Shown here: piece after piece, positions 8,529-18,795 of the stretch
How positions within the stretch are numbered: the first letter of the stretch is position 1
Layout: the number at the start of each line of letters is the position of its first letter
NCBI GenBank assembly: GCA_947467405.1
Contig: CANIIN010000001.1
Coordinates: 1 to 25,130, forward strand
From: Betaproteobacteria bacterium
Lineage (GTDB): Bacteria > Pseudomonadota > Gammaproteobacteria > Burkholderiales > SG8-39
Length of the DNA: 25,130 nt
Reading direction: 5' to 3'
Notes under the pieces: generated by a model
Told to the model about the DNA's origin: nothing
Database searches by the model: none
The model's input: the letters and a program-made list of their open reading frames with translations, nothing else
Program-made: the position numbers and the translations under genes

Positions 8529-9302
8529 TCAACTCTCCAGCCGGATTTCCGCCAGGACAGGCGCGTGATCTGACGGACGCTCAAGCTTTCTGGGCTCGAT
8601 ATCGATCTGACAGCGAGTGCATCTGTCGCAAAGCGAATGCGAAAGCAGGATATGGTCGATCCGCATTCCCATTTTTCTGCGGAAAGCATTCATCCGATAA
8701 TCCCACCAGGTGTATGAACGCTCGGCTTGGGGAAACAGTCGAAAGCTGTCTTTCATTCCCAGCCCGATCAGCTTGTCGAAGGCGTCCCTTTCAGGGCGGC
8801 TGCACAAGACCTGCCCAGCCCAAGCTGCGGGATCATGGACATCCTCGTCGCCAGGCGCGATGTTGTAGTCGCCAAGGATGGCGAGATTTGGATAGCTCGC
8901 CAGATCCTGCCTGATCCATTCCGAAAAGGCGCTGAGCCAGGCCAGCTTGTAACGGTACTTGTCCGAATCGACAGCCTGACCGTTGGGAACGTACGCGCAC
9001 ACGATGCGTACGCCGGCAATGGTGGCCGCAATGACTCGCCTCTGTTCATCGGCGAAATCGGGTATCCCGCGTTGGACGTCGGTGGCAGGCAGTCGCGACA
9101 GGATTGCAACGCCGTTATAGGTTTTCTGACCGGAAAATATCGCGCAATAACCGAGGGCTTCTATTTCCGCGACTGGAAATTTTGCATCCTCAAGCTTGGT
9201 TTCCTGAAGACAGACGACGTCCGGAGAGTTGCCTTCCATCCAGGACAGCAGGTGGGGAAGACGTACCTTCAGTGAATTGACGTTCCAGGTGGAAAGGATC
9301 AC
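8529..9302 (-). CDS. xth: exodeoxyribonuclease III
   Basis: TWNVNS, LQETK, GDYNIAP, RIDHIL and SDHAPV motifs; GTG 9302 start preferred because the 9404 start overlaps the upstream gene. Confidence 0.94.
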   Translation of the reverse strand: MILSTWNVNSLKVRLPHLLSWMEGNSPDVVCLQETKLEDAKFPVAEIEALGYCAIFSGQKTYNGVAILSRLPATDVQRGIPDFADEQRRVIAATIAGVRIVCAYVPNGQAVDSDKYRYKLAWLSAFSEWIRQDLASYPNLAILGDYNIAPGDEDVHDPAAWAGQVLCSRPERDAFDKLIGLGMKDSFRLFPQAERSYTWWDYRMNAFRRKMGMRIDHILLSHSLCDRCTRCQIDIEPRKLERPSDHAPVLAEIRLES

Positions 9303-9312
9303 GTTCGAATGG

Positions 9313-9906
9313 TCATTGCTTGGATGCTGCGGGCGCAGTGTCCTGAGGCTTCTCGGGCGCGGGGGGGGCGCTGGTGCCCGTAGCAACCGGTTTTGCTGCG
9401 GCAACCGGCGGTCGAGCGGACAGTGGCGACGTCTTTGGATAGCCTACCGAATCCAGCGTGGAATTCCATTGGCCGTCCGTGAAGCCGGTAGCAACCGTTC
9501 TGCCGACGATGAGAACGGGAAGTTGCTCCTTGCCCGAAATCTTCTTCAATTCTGCAATTCCGTTCGTATCGACAACGGATATTTCCTTGAAGGGGACGCC
9601 CCTCTTGGAAAGCAACGCAAGGCCGTTCTTGCAGGGATCACCGCAATCCGGCCCGGTATAAAGGGTGACCGGGAAATTCCTCGCGGTTTGCTGCAACTCG
9701 TATGGCAATCCGCCTGTTTCCACGACGCTGCTCTTCAGTTGCTTCTGCTCCACCTTGGTCGCCGCGCCGGCCGGGGGGGGATCCTGCGAATAGGTGACTT
9801 TGCCGTTCTTGTCGACCCACCGATATAGTTGCTGGCCAACTGCGCTGCTTGCTGCCAGCGCAAGGGATATGCCGAGCGAAAGGGTGATTCGCAGCGCACT
9901 ATTCAT
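9313..9906 (-). CDS. exported DUF4124 + glutaredoxin-like domain protein
   Basis: Signal-like N-terminus, LYRWVDKNGKVTYSQDPPP (DUF4124-type), then VTLYTGPDCGDPC...RGVPF...QLPVLIVG (glutaredoxin fold) and a Pro/Ala tail. Confidence 0.8.
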   Translation of the reverse strand: MNSALRITLSLGISLALAASSAVGQQLYRWVDKNGKVTYSQDPPPAGAATKVEQKQLKSSVVETGGLPYELQQTARNFPVTLYTGPDCGDPCKNGLALLSKRGVPFKEISVVDTNGIAELKKISGKEQLPVLIVGRTVATGFTDGQWNSTLDSVGYPKTSPLSARPPVAAAKPVATGTSAPPAPEKPQDTAPAASKQ

Positions 9907-9924
9907 GGGGATTGTCTCAGCTGA

Positions 9925-11991
9925 TCAGGACGCGGAAATCATACCACTGTGCCTGAGGAGGGCAGTCGCCTCGGGTGGGCGTCCGCGGAAAGCCACAAAG
10001 CTTTCCATTGCGGGCCGACTGCCGCCCACGGCAAGTATCTCGTCCCGGAAGCGTGCGCCTGCAACCGGATTCAGCACGCCGTACTCGCTGCTTTCGTTGG
10101 GCCTGTCAGTCTTCTCAAATGCGCTGTAAGCGTCGGCCGACAGGACTTCGGCCCACTTGTAACTGTAGTAACCGGCGCAGTATCCGCCGGCGAAAATGTG
10201 AGAAAAGCTGTTTGGAAATCGGGTAAACGCGGGCGGAATAACGACTGCGACATTTGTCCGTATTTCATCCAGCAATTGTCCGGGTGTCTTCTTTCCGGCA
10301 GGGTCAAAGTCATAGTGCAAGTGCATGTCAAACAGCGAGAACTCCAATTGCCGCACCATCTGCATACCTGACTGGAAATTCTTTGCGGCCAGCATTTTTT
10401 CAAAGAGGTCCCTGGGTAGAGATGCGCCGGTGTCGGCGTGTGAGGTCATGATGCTGACGACGTCCCATTCCCAGCAGAAATTTTCCATGAATTGACTGGG
10501 CAATTCGACCGCATCCCACTCCACGCCGCGAATACCTGAGACCCCGGGATAATCAATTTTCGTCAGCAGGTGATGAAGACCGTGGCCGAACTCGTGGAAA
10601 AGGGTGATGACTTCGTCGTGGGTAAGGAGCGATGGCTTGCCCGCGATCGGTGCGGGAAAGTTGCAAACCAGATAGGCAACGGGATGCTGTATGGCATTAC
10701 CCTTGCGCCGTCTCGTGACAGCCTCATCCATCCAGGCGCCGCCTCGCTTCGTTTCACGTGCGTACGGATCCAGATAGAACTGCCCGAGCATGTTACCGGA
10801 CAAGTCTTCCACCTTGAAGAAACGGACTGATTGATCCCAGACCTCGGCGTGGTCCGGACGGATCCGGATTCCGAATATCGAATCGACGACCTTGAACATT
10901 CCGTCCAGTACTTTTTCTTCGGGAAAATATTGCTTCACTTCCTGTTCCGAAAACGCGTAGCGATTGACTCTCAGTTTTTCGGATGCATACGCGATATCCC
11001 ACGCTTCCAGCTTGGCCATACCCAATGCCGAAGCGGCAAACTCCTCGAGTTCGTGAAAGTCGCGTTCTGCGAAGGGCCTCGCCTTCCTGGCAAGGTCGTC
11101 CAGAAAATGAATCACTTCATCGGGTGATCCGGCCATTTTCGGGATCAGTGATACATGGGCGTGAGTTTCAAATCCGAGAAGCCTCGCAGCTTCCCGGTGT
11201 AGTTCAAGCATTCTGGAGATCAACGGCCCATTGTCCAAGGCTGGATTCGCCAACTCGCTTGCCCGGGTTTGATGCGCAAAATACAGTTTCTCCCGGAGAT
11301 CTCTGTTGTCGGCGTACTGCATGGCCGGGAAATAGCATGGGGCACGCAATGTCAGTATCCAGCCGTCCTTGCTGCTCTGGCGGGCGACTTCGCGGGCAGC
11401 GTCCTTGATGTCTTCGGGCAGTCCCGCCAGTTCGTTGTCATCCTCAATGTGGACCTGAAAGGCGTTGGTCGAGTCGAGCAGATGTTCGGAGAAGCGGGTT
11501 CCCAGCGACGCAAGCTCCTGCGCGATCTCTGCGTATCGTGCCTTGTCCGCCTCGCTCAGTTCCGCGCCGGACAGCTTGAAATCGCGGAGTTCGTTCTCGA
11601 TCACCTTTCGTTGAGCGGGAGACAGGTCAGCGAATGCGGCTGACTCGCGCAGTTCCTTGAATTTTGCGAATAGCGCCTGATTCTGTCCAAGTTCGGTGTA
11701 ATAGGCGACGATCTTGGGTTGGCTTTCGTTGTAGGCGTCACGTAATTCCTGCGAATCCAATACGCCATGCAGGTGGCCAACGGTTCCCCACGCCCGGGAA
11801 AGTCGCTCGGACGCATCATCCAGCGGAGAGACGAAGTCATTCCATGTCGCAGCGACGGCGGGCCTTGCGAGTTGATCGATCAGGCGGCGATTTGCTGCCA
11901 GCAATGTATCGATAGCCGATCCGATATGTGCAGGTCGGATAATCGAGAATTTCGGTAAGCCCGTGAGGTCAAGCAGCGGGTTGGATTCCAT
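9925..11991 (-). CDS. prlC: oligopeptidase A (M3 family metallopeptidase)
   Basis: NPLL N-terminus, KRGGAWMD, zinc motif HEFGH, VEWDAVELPSQFMEN, GYYSYKWAEVL; ATG 11991 follows AGGAA. Confidence 0.95.
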   Translation of the reverse strand: MESNPLLDLTGLPKFSIIRPAHIGSAIDTLLAANRRLIDQLARPAVAATWNDFVSPLDDASERLSRAWGTVGHLHGVLDSQELRDAYNESQPKIVAYYTELGQNQALFAKFKELRESAAFADLSPAQRKVIENELRDFKLSGAELSEADKARYAEIAQELASLGTRFSEHLLDSTNAFQVHIEDDNELAGLPEDIKDAAREVARQSSKDGWILTLRAPCYFPAMQYADNRDLREKLYFAHQTRASELANPALDNGPLISRMLELHREAARLLGFETHAHVSLIPKMAGSPDEVIHFLDDLARKARPFAERDFHELEEFAASALGMAKLEAWDIAYASEKLRVNRYAFSEQEVKQYFPEEKVLDGMFKVVDSIFGIRIRPDHAEVWDQSVRFFKVEDLSGNMLGQFYLDPYARETKRGGAWMDEAVTRRRKGNAIQHPVAYLVCNFPAPIAGKPSLLTHDEVITLFHEFGHGLHHLLTKIDYPGVSGIRGVEWDAVELPSQFMENFCWEWDVVSIMTSHADTGASLPRDLFEKMLAAKNFQSGMQMVRQLEFSLFDMHLHYDFDPAGKKTPGQLLDEIRTNVAVVIPPAFTRFPNSFSHIFAGGYCAGYYSYKWAEVLSADAYSAFEKTDRPNESSEYGVLNPVAGARFRDEILAVGGSRPAMESFVAFRGRPPEATALLRHSGMISAS

Positions 11992-12070
11992 GTTGTTCCT
12001 GATTGATGAAAGACTGCATTGCAAGGTGGGGCGGCTAGATGCTTGGTCGCCAATGCTTCTGCGCCCGAAG

Positions 12071-12085
12071 TGCAAATGATTTGCA
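12071..12085. promoter_or_regulatory. 7-1-7 inverted repeat, candidate transcription-factor operator
   Basis: TGCAAAT-G-ATTTGCA, perfect arms, in the divergent prlC/aceE intergenic region. Confidence 0.4.
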
Positions 12086-12149
12086 TCGGCCGAGACGACA
12101 GTCGGCATTTTGTCTGATCGTTTAGCAAAGAGAAGCGACGAGTCAGATA

Positions 12150-12178
12150 TTGCGGATTATGGTATTTAATTCTACTAT
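12150..12178 (+). promoter_or_regulatory. sigma70-type promoter for aceE
   Basis: TTGCGG (12150-12155), 17-nt AT-rich spacer, TACTAT (12173-12178). Confidence 0.5.
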
Positions 12179-12287
12179 GTGAACTCTGCAATGAGTAGCC
12201 TACCGCTCTTCAGTGGCTGATCGGGAAGGCGACGCCTTCACTTGGGCTAGAATGAATTTTGCTGTTCGATTCGCTCGGGAGATTGCC

Positions 12288-14987
12288 ATGTCCGCCGTAC
12301 CTGATTTACCTGCTGCCAATGACACGGATTCATTGGAAACGCAGGAATGGCTGGATTCGCTGGAGGCTGTCATTCAGCGGGAGGGTCCGACTCGAGCACA
12401 TTTTCTGCTTGAAAAGCTTGTCGACAAGGCTAGGAGGTCGGGTGCCTACCTTCCGTACAGAGCCCAGACAGCCTATATCAATACGATCCCACCTCACATG
12501 GAGGAGAGGTCGCCTGGTGATCATGCCATGGAAGAGCGTATTCGTGCCTATGCGCGCTGGAATGCCATGGTCATGGTTGCGAAGGCGAACAAGGGCGAAG
12601 GCGACCTTGGTGGTCATATTGCGAGCTTCGCTTCGGCGGGAACGTTGTTTGGTGTCGGGTTCAACCACTTTTGGCATGCGCCCAGTGAGGGCCATGGCGG
12701 TGACCTGATCTATTTTCAGGGACACTGCGCGCCGGGAATCTATGCACGTGCGTTTCTTGAAGGCAGGCTTTCCGAAGAGCAGCTGCTGAATTTCAGGCGC
12801 GAAGTTGATGGCAAGGGGATCTCCTCATATCCGCATCCCTGGCTGATGCCCGACTTCTGGCAGTTTCCTACCGTTTCCATGGGGCTCGGGCCGATTCAGG
12901 CCATCTATCAGGCGCGGTTCCTCAAGTACCTGCACGCGCGTGGCCTTGCCGACACCTCAAATCGCAAAGTCTGGGCATTCTGCGGTGACGGGGAGATGGA
13001 TGAACCCGAGTCAATGGGTGCCATCGGAATGGCTGCGCGAGAGAAGCTGGACAACCTTATCTTCGTGGTCAACTGCAATCTGCAGCGATTGGATGGTCCG
13101 GTGCGTGGCAACGGAAAAATCATTCAGGAACTGGAAGGTGACTTCCGCGGTACTGGCTGGAATGTCATCAAGCTGATCTGGGGATCCTACTGGGATCCGC
13201 TGCTGGCTCGCGATACAGAGGGAATATTGCAGCGAGTCATGGAAGACACCGTGGACGGCGAATATCAGAATTTCAAGGCTAATGACGGTGCCTTTGTTCG
13301 AAAACACTTCTTTGGCAAGCATCCCAAGCTCCTGGAGATGGTGTCGCGCATGACTGATGACGACATCTGGCGGCTGAATCGAGGTGGCCATGATCCGCAC
13401 AAGATCTATGCTGCATACGCGGCTGCGGTAAAGCATACCGGGCAGCCGACAGTCATATTGGCCAAGACCATCAAAGGCTACGGGCTCGGAAAGCAGGGGC
13501 AGGCCAAAAATCCCACGCACCAGCTGAAGAAGCTGGATCTGGAAACCATTCGCGACATGCGAGACCGTTTCAACATTCCGGTTGCCGATGCGCAGCTTGA
13601 AAGCTTGCCGTTTTACAAGCCGGGAGATGATGATCCGGTCATGCAATATCTGCATGAGCGGCGTCGCGCTTTGGGTGGATATCTGCCTCAACGGCGGCGG
13701 CGTGCGCTGAGAACCTTGCAGGTGCCGGGATTGGCATCTCTCGATCAGGTTCTGAAACCGACGGCGGAGGGGCGGGAGATATCGACCACGATGGCATTTG
13801 TCCGCATCCTGACTGCGCTTCTGCGAGATAAGGAAATCGGCAAGAAGATCGTTCCGATCGTTCCCGACGAGGCGAGGACGTTCGGCATGGAGGGGATGTT
13901 CCGGCAGTTGGGCATCTATTCCTCAGAAGGGCAGAAATACACGCCGGTCGACAAGGATCAGGTCATGTATTACCGGGAGGACAAGGCCGGCCAGATCCTT
14001 GAGGAAGGCATCAACGAAGCCGGAGCGTTTTCTTCATGGATGGCTGGGGCGACCTCCTATGCCAATTCCGGCGTCAACATGATCCCCTTCTATATCTTCT
14101 ATTCCATGTTCGGTTTGCAGCGTATTGGTGATCTGGCCTGGGCGGCTGGAGACTTGCGAGCGCGCGGCTTCCTTCTCGGTGCGACCGCAGGACGCACGAC
14201 GCTGAATGGCGAAGGCCTTCAGCATGAAGACGGCCACAGCCATGTGCTGGCCTCGGTCATTCCCAATTGCATCGCTTACGATCCAACGTTCGCCTATGAG
14301 TTGGCCGTGATCATTCATGATGGACTGCGTCGCATGCTGACCGAGCAGCAGGATGTTTATTACTACATCACCGTGATGAACGAGAACTATGTTCATCCGG
14401 GTCTTGAGGATATCGAGAAGGTCACGCCTTCGGCGCGTGACGGCATCCTCAAGGGCATGTACTTGTTCCAACCGGCCGCAGGTGCAGCCAACGTTCAGTT
14501 GCTGGGATCGGGGACGATCCTGAGAGAGGTCATCGCGGCCGCAACATTGCTCAAGAGCGATTGGAATATCGATTCCGATGTCTGGAGTTGCCCAAGCTTT
14601 ACGGAACTCCGGCGAGAGGGTCTCGCGACGGAACGCTGGAATCTTCTCCATTCAGGTGAAGCGAGACGTGTCAGTTACGTGGAGCAGTGCCTTCAGCAAC
14701 GAGTCGGGCCGGTGGTTGCTGCAACGGATTACATCAAGTCGTTCCCGGATCAGATTCGCGCGTTCATGCCGAAGGGTAGAACCTATCGCGTTCTCGGCAC
14801 GGATGGTTTCGGGCGTTCGGACACAAGGGCGAAACTGCGGCACTTCTTCGAAGTTGATCGTTTCTGGATCACCCTTTCGGCATTGCAGTCGCTGGCGGAA
14901 GAAGGCCACCTAAAGCCGTCGGTGCTGTCTGACGCAATGAAGAAGTACGGGCTTGATGCATCCAAGCCGGACCCGGTAACTGCATAG
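12288..14987 (+). CDS. aceE: pyruvate dehydrogenase E1, homodimeric type
   Basis: [32 protein letters not shown] motif GDGEMDEPE...[17 protein letters not shown]; ATG 12288 follows GGGAG. Confidence 0.97.
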   Translation: MSAVPDLPAANDTDSLETQEWLDSLEAVIQREGPTRAHFLLEKLVDKARRSGAYLPYRAQTAYINTIPPHMEERSPGDHAMEERIRAYARWNAMVMVAKANKGEGDLGGHIASFASAGTLFGVGFNHFWHAPSEGHGGDLIYFQGHCAPGIYARAFLEGRLSEEQLLNFRREVDGKGISSYPHPWLMPDFWQFPTVSMGLGPIQAIYQARFLKYLHARGLADTSNRKVWAFCGDGEMDEPESMGAIGMAAREKLDNLIFVVNCNLQRLDGPVRGNGKIIQELEGDFRGTGWNVIKLIWGSYWDPLLARDTEGILQRVMEDTVDGEYQNFKANDGAFVRKHFFGKHPKLLEMVSRMTDDDIWRLNRGGHDPHKIYAAYAAAVKHTGQPTVILAKTIKGYGLGKQGQAKNPTHQLKKLDLETIRDMRDRFNIPVADAQLESLPFYKPGDDDPVMQYLHERRRALGGYLPQRRRRALRTLQVPGLASLDQVLKPTAEGREISTTMAFVRILTALLRDKEIGKKIVPIVPDEARTFGMEGMFRQLGIYSSEGQKYTPVDKDQVMYYREDKAGQILEEGINEAGAFSSWMAGATSYANSGVNMIPFYIFYSMFGLQRIGDLAWAAGDLRARGFLLGATAGRTTLNGEGLQHEDGHSHVLASVIPNCIAYDPTFAYELAVIIHDGLRRMLTEQQDVYYYITVMNENYVHPGLEDIEKVTPSARDGILKGMYLFQPAAGAANVQLLGSGTILREVIAAATLLKSDWNIDSDVWSCPSFTELRREGLATERWNLLHSGEARRVSYVEQCLQQRVGPVVAATDYIKSFPDQIRAFMPKGRTYRVLGTDGFGRSDTRAKLRHFFEVDRFWITLSALQSLAEEGHLKPSVLSDAMKKYGLDASKPDPVTA

Positions 14988-14996
14988 GTGGAATGA

Positions 14997-16328
14997 ATGA
15001 TTACAGTGAACGAAGTGCGGGTTCCCAATATCGGAGATTTCAAGGAAGTCGAAATCATCGAACTCATGGTCAAGGCTGGAGATCGCGTGCTGCCCGAGCA
15101 GTCGTTGATCACGGTCGAGTCCGACAAGGCCAGCATGGAAATTCCCGCGCCCGTGGCGGGTGTCGTGCGGGAAATCAAGGTGAAAGTCGGTGACAAAGTA
15201 TCCGAAGGAAGCATTGTCCTGCTGATGGATTCCGAATCGCCTGCGGTTTCAGTGGCAGATACGAAGCCTGCCAGCAATATTTCGAAGAATGTCCTGGATC
15301 AGACCGCGCCACCCGTCACATCGCCAGTGGCGACGATACCAGCGGTTGTTCCGCCTGCCGTCGCGATTCCAGCGGCACCCGTCGACCCGCTATTCAAAGC
15401 GCACGCCAGCCCGTCTGTGCGTCAGTTTGCTCGCGAATTGGGCGTTGACATAGCACGTGTTTCAGGGGCCGGCCCAAAGGGACGGATCCAGCGCACGGAT
15501 GTGCAGAACTTCGTCAAATCGGCGCTTGCTGCGAGTTCAGCACCCCGGAGTTCGAACCCAGGTGCCGCGGGTTTGCCGTTCAATCTACCGGCTTGGCCGC
15601 AAGTGGATTTCGCAAAGTTTGGTCCTGTGGAGACGGTTCCGCTTACCCGGTTGAGGAAGCTTGCCGGCGCCAATTTGCACAGGAACTGGATTTCAATTCC
15701 GCATGTCACGCAGTTTGACGAGGCGGATATCACGGAACTCGAGGCCTTCCGCAAGTCCAACAGTGTCGAATCGGAAATGCAGGGATTCAAGCTGACGCTG
15801 CTTGCTTTCCTGGTGAGGGCCTGCGTTACCGTGTTGCGTGAACATCCGCAATTCAACGCCTCACTGGACAAGACCGGAGAGAATATCGTCATCAAGAAGC
15901 ACTATCACATTGGGGTCGCTGTCGATACGCCCGATGGATTGGTCGTGCCGGTGATTCGCGATGCCGACCGCAAGGGCGTATTCGATCTGGCCAGGGAATT
16001 GGCCGAGATGTCCAGATTGGCCCGTGATCGCAAACTCAAGCCCGGAGACATGCAGGGCGGGACGTTCTCGATCTCCAGTCTTGGTGGCATTGGCGGCATG
16101 TCGTTCACGCCGATCATCAATGCACCGGAGGTGGCGATACTCGGCGTGTCCAGATCCGTGATCAGACCGGTCTGGACTGGCAAGGCGGAGACGGGGCAAT
16201 TTCAACCACGGTTGATGCTGCCCTTGTCGTTGTCATACGACCATCGTGTAATCGATGGCGCTGCCGGTGCAAGGTTTACAACCGCATTGGCGTCGGTGCT
16301 TTCAGATATTCGTCGTTCATTGCTCTAA
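14997..16328 (+). CDS. aceF: pyruvate dehydrogenase E2 dihydrolipoamide acetyltransferase, one lipoyl domain
   Basis: Lipoyl motif VESDKASME, binding domain HASPSVRQFARELGV, catalytic YDHRVIDG. Confidence 0.96.
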   Translation: MITVNEVRVPNIGDFKEVEIIELMVKAGDRVLPEQSLITVESDKASMEIPAPVAGVVREIKVKVGDKVSEGSIVLLMDSESPAVSVADTKPASNISKNVLDQTAPPVTSPVATIPAVVPPAVAIPAAPVDPLFKAHASPSVRQFARELGVDIARVSGAGPKGRIQRTDVQNFVKSALAASSAPRSSNPGAAGLPFNLPAWPQVDFAKFGPVETVPLTRLRKLAGANLHRNWISIPHVTQFDEADITELEAFRKSNSVESEMQGFKLTLLAFLVRACVTVLREHPQFNASLDKTGENIVIKKHYHIGVAVDTPDGLVVPVIRDADRKGVFDLARELAEMSRLARDRKLKPGDMQGGTFSISSLGGIGGMSFTPIINAPEVAILGVSRSVIRPVWTGKAETGQFQPRLMLPLSLSYDHRVIDGAAGARFTTALASVLSDIRRSLL

Positions 16329-16337
16329 GGACAGAAA

Positions 16338-18080
16338 ATGAGTTTGGTGCAGATCAGAATCCCGGACATCGGTGATTTCAAGGATGTCGCCGTGGCGGAG
16401 GTGCTGGTCAAAGTCGGCGATGCGATCGTGAAGGAGCAGTCACTGATCACGGTTGAATCCGACAAGGCATCCATAGAGATTCCTTCCCCGCTCGCGGGCG
16501 TTGTCAGTGAAGTGGTGATCAAGCCGGGCGACAAAGTGTCGCAAGGTACTGCCATTCTCGTCGTGGACGAAGTTGGCGGTGAAACGAAACCAGTGCAAGC
16601 GTCCACCCCGGCCGGGCCCATCCAATCGGCGGCGGTGGGGGCGGCATCGACTTCGGATCGATCTGAAGCGGAAACCCATGCGGAACTGCTGGTGCTCGGG
16701 TCGGGGCCGGGCGGTTATACGGCAGCATTTCGTGCCGCGGACCTGGGGAAGAAAGTCGTCCTTGTGGAACGATTTTCTGCTCTCGGCGGTGTGTGCACCA
16801 ATGTCGGCTGCATTCCCTCCAAAGCCTTGTTGCACGTGGCTCGGGTCATGACCGAAGTCGAGGAATTGCGGGATGGGGGCGTCATGTTTGCTCCGCCCTC
16901 CATCGACATCGACAAGCTCCGTGCCTGGAAAGACGACGTCGCGTCCAAGGGCGCCAAGGGTATCGCTGGTCTTGCGCGCCAGCGAAAAGTCACGGTCATG
17001 CAAGGTACTGGACGCTTCGAATCACCACATGTCATGGCTGTAGCGGGTGCTGACGGCGTATCGAGAAAAGTATCGTTTGATCAGTGCATCATCGCAGCGG
17101 GATCGTCGGTTGTTCGCATTCCCGGTCTTCCCTATGAAGACCCGCGCCTGATCGATTCAACCGGAGCTCTTGCGCTGCAGGACATACCGCAAAGCTTGCT
17201 GGTCATAGGTGGCGGAATCATTGGATTGGAAATGGCGTGTGTATATGACGCGCTGGGCTCCAAAGTGACGATCGTGGAAGCACTGGATGGCCTGATTCCC
17301 GGGGCAGACCGGGATCTGGTGCGTCCACTCGAGAGGCGCTTGCAGAAGCGCTACGCCGGAATATTGCTGAAGACGCGTGTGGTAAAACTGGATCCTTCCG
17401 CTGAGGGGCTGACGGCTACTTTCGAGGGGGACAAGCCTGTGGCGCCGCAGACTTTTGACCGCGTACTGGTGGCTGTGGGGCGGCGTCCGAACGGCAGGGA
17501 CATCGGTGCAGAGAAGGCCGGAATCTCGGTCAATGAAAGGGGATTCCTGCCTGTCGACAGGCAGCAGCGGACGAATGTTCCTCACATATTTGCAATTGGC
17601 GACATCGTTGGCGATCCGATGCTGGCGCACAAAGCCAGTCATGAAGGCAAGGTCGCTGCAGAGGTTGCTTGTGGCGGCAAATCCGCCTTTGATGCCTTGA
17701 CGATTCCGTCGGTTGCTTACACCGACCCTGAAATCGCATGGATGGGATTGACCGAAACGGAGGCTGCCAAACGTGGCATTGCCATTGCAAAGGCGAGTTT
17801 TCCATGGGCTGCTTCCGGACGTGCACGTGCTACGGGACGTACTGAGGGCGCAACCAAGCTCATTTTCGATCCCGAGACAAGGCGGATTCTGGGGGCGGGG
17901 ATTGTCGGTCCCAATGCCGGTGAATTGATCGCCGAGTTGGTGCTTGCCCTCGAGATGGGTGCCGATCTTGAAGACATCAGCCTGTCAATTCATCCGCATC
18001 CCACATTATCGGAAACCTCTGCATTCGCGGCAGAGGTCGGCCTGGGTAATATTACCGATCTTTACATACCAAGAAAGTAG
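16338..18080 (+). CDS. lpdA: dihydrolipoamide dehydrogenase E3 with N-terminal lipoyl domain
   Basis: Lipoyl motif VESDKASIE, GSGPGGY, redox-active GGVCTNVGCIPSK, GGGIIG, C-terminal HPHPTLSE. Confidence 0.96.
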   Translation: MSLVQIRIPDIGDFKDVAVAEVLVKVGDAIVKEQSLITVESDKASIEIPSPLAGVVSEVVIKPGDKVSQGTAILVVDEVGGETKPVQASTPAGPIQSAAVGAASTSDRSEAETHAELLVLGSGPGGYTAAFRAADLGKKVVLVERFSALGGVCTNVGCIPSKALLHVARVMTEVEELRDGGVMFAPPSIDIDKLRAWKDDVASKGAKGIAGLARQRKVTVMQGTGRFESPHVMAVAGADGVSRKVSFDQCIIAAGSSVVRIPGLPYEDPRLIDSTGALALQDIPQSLLVIGGGIIGLEMACVYDALGSKVTIVEALDGLIPGADRDLVRPLERRLQKRYAGILLKTRVVKLDPSAEGLTATFEGDKPVAPQTFDRVLVAVGRRPNGRDIGAEKAGISVNERGFLPVDRQQRTNVPHIFAIGDIVGDPMLAHKASHEGKVAAEVACGGKSAFDALTIPSVAYTDPEIAWMGLTETEAAKRGIAIAKASFPWAASGRARATGRTEGATKLIFDPETRRILGAGIVGPNAGELIAELVLALEMGADLEDISLSIHPHPTLSETSAFAAEVGLGNITDLYIPRK

Positions 18081-18086
18081 CCCGAT

Positions 18087-18746
18087 ATGACTCAGGATGA
18101 GTTGAAGCTGGCAGTCGCGCGCGAAGCCATCAAGTATGTCGAGGAAGATTCCATTGTTGGAGTCGGTACCGGGTCGACTGCCAATTTCTTCATTGATGAA
18201 CTGGCCAAGATGAAGGGGCGCATAGACGGCGCCGTGGCTAGTTCAGAGGCCACTGCCACGCGACTCAAGGAGCGGGGCATACGGGTCGTCGAACTGAACT
18301 CTGTCGGTGAACTGGCAGTCTATGTCGATGGCGCCGATGAAATCACGGAACATCTCGCCATGATCAAGGGTGGGGGTGGCGCACTGACCCGTGAAAAAAT
18401 CGTGGCCGCAGTAGCCAGAAAGTTCGTGTGCATCGCCGATGGCAGCAAGTTGGTACCGACGCTTGGCGAATTTCCGTTGCCCGTCGAGGTGATCCCGATG
18501 GCACGCTCGTGGGTGGGGCGGCAGATGGTCAAACTGGGCGGGATTCCGCGACTTCGCGAAGGATTTACCACCGACAACGGAAACCTGATCATCGATGTTT
18601 CGGGCCTCAAAATATTGAATCCGCCTGAACTGGAACAAGCCATCAACAATATTCCTGGCGTGGTGACTGTGGGTTTGTTCGCCCAAAGGGGCGCGGATAT
18701 TCTGCTGCTGGGCACCCCGAACGGTGTAAAAACGTATCGACGCTGA
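18087..18746 (+). CDS. rpiA: ribose-5-phosphate isomerase A
   Basis: [23 protein letters not shown] and TDNGNLIID motifs. Confidence 0.97.
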   Translation: MTQDELKLAVAREAIKYVEEDSIVGVGTGSTANFFIDELAKMKGRIDGAVASSEATATRLKERGIRVVELNSVGELAVYVDGADEITEHLAMIKGGGGALTREKIVAAVARKFVCIADGSKLVPTLGEFPLPVEVIPMARSWVGRQMVKLGGIPRLREGFTTDNGNLIIDVSGLKILNPPELEQAINNIPGVVTVGLFAQRGADILLLGTPNGVKTYRR

Positions 18747-18761
18747 ACTGTTGTATCGATC

Positions 18762-18795
18762 GAGTCACGGAATTGACATATTTCGTGAGTAGACT
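18762..18795 (+). promoter_or_regulatory. candidate Pho box plus -10 hexamer upstream of phoU
   Basis: GAGTCAC-GGAA-TTGACAT (18762-18779, 11-bp period, each half 5/7 to the CTGTCA(T/C) consensus), then 10 nt, then TAGACT (18790-18795). Confidence 0.55.

Noticed and set aside
8411-8914. 167-aa plus-strand ORF across the aceB-xth spacer
   Set aside because: It is mostly antisense to xth, starts right after a terminator, and shows no SD or domain.
9361-9780. G8 (9361-9368) and G7 (9774-9780) tracts in the DUF4124-glutaredoxin gene as phase-variation sites
   Set aside because: They are short, in frame and simply encode Pro runs on the minus strand of a GC-rich gene.
11880-12191. 103-aa ORF in the prlC-aceE spacer as a remnant gene
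   Set aside because: It overlaps prlC out of frame on the same strand and has no recognisable similarity to FolD or a regulator.
16338-16600. Lipoyl domain fused to E3 (LpdA) with only one lipoyl domain on E2
   Set aside because: This architecture is already described in Betaproteobacteria (Neisseria P64k, Ralstonia PdhL), so it is not novel.
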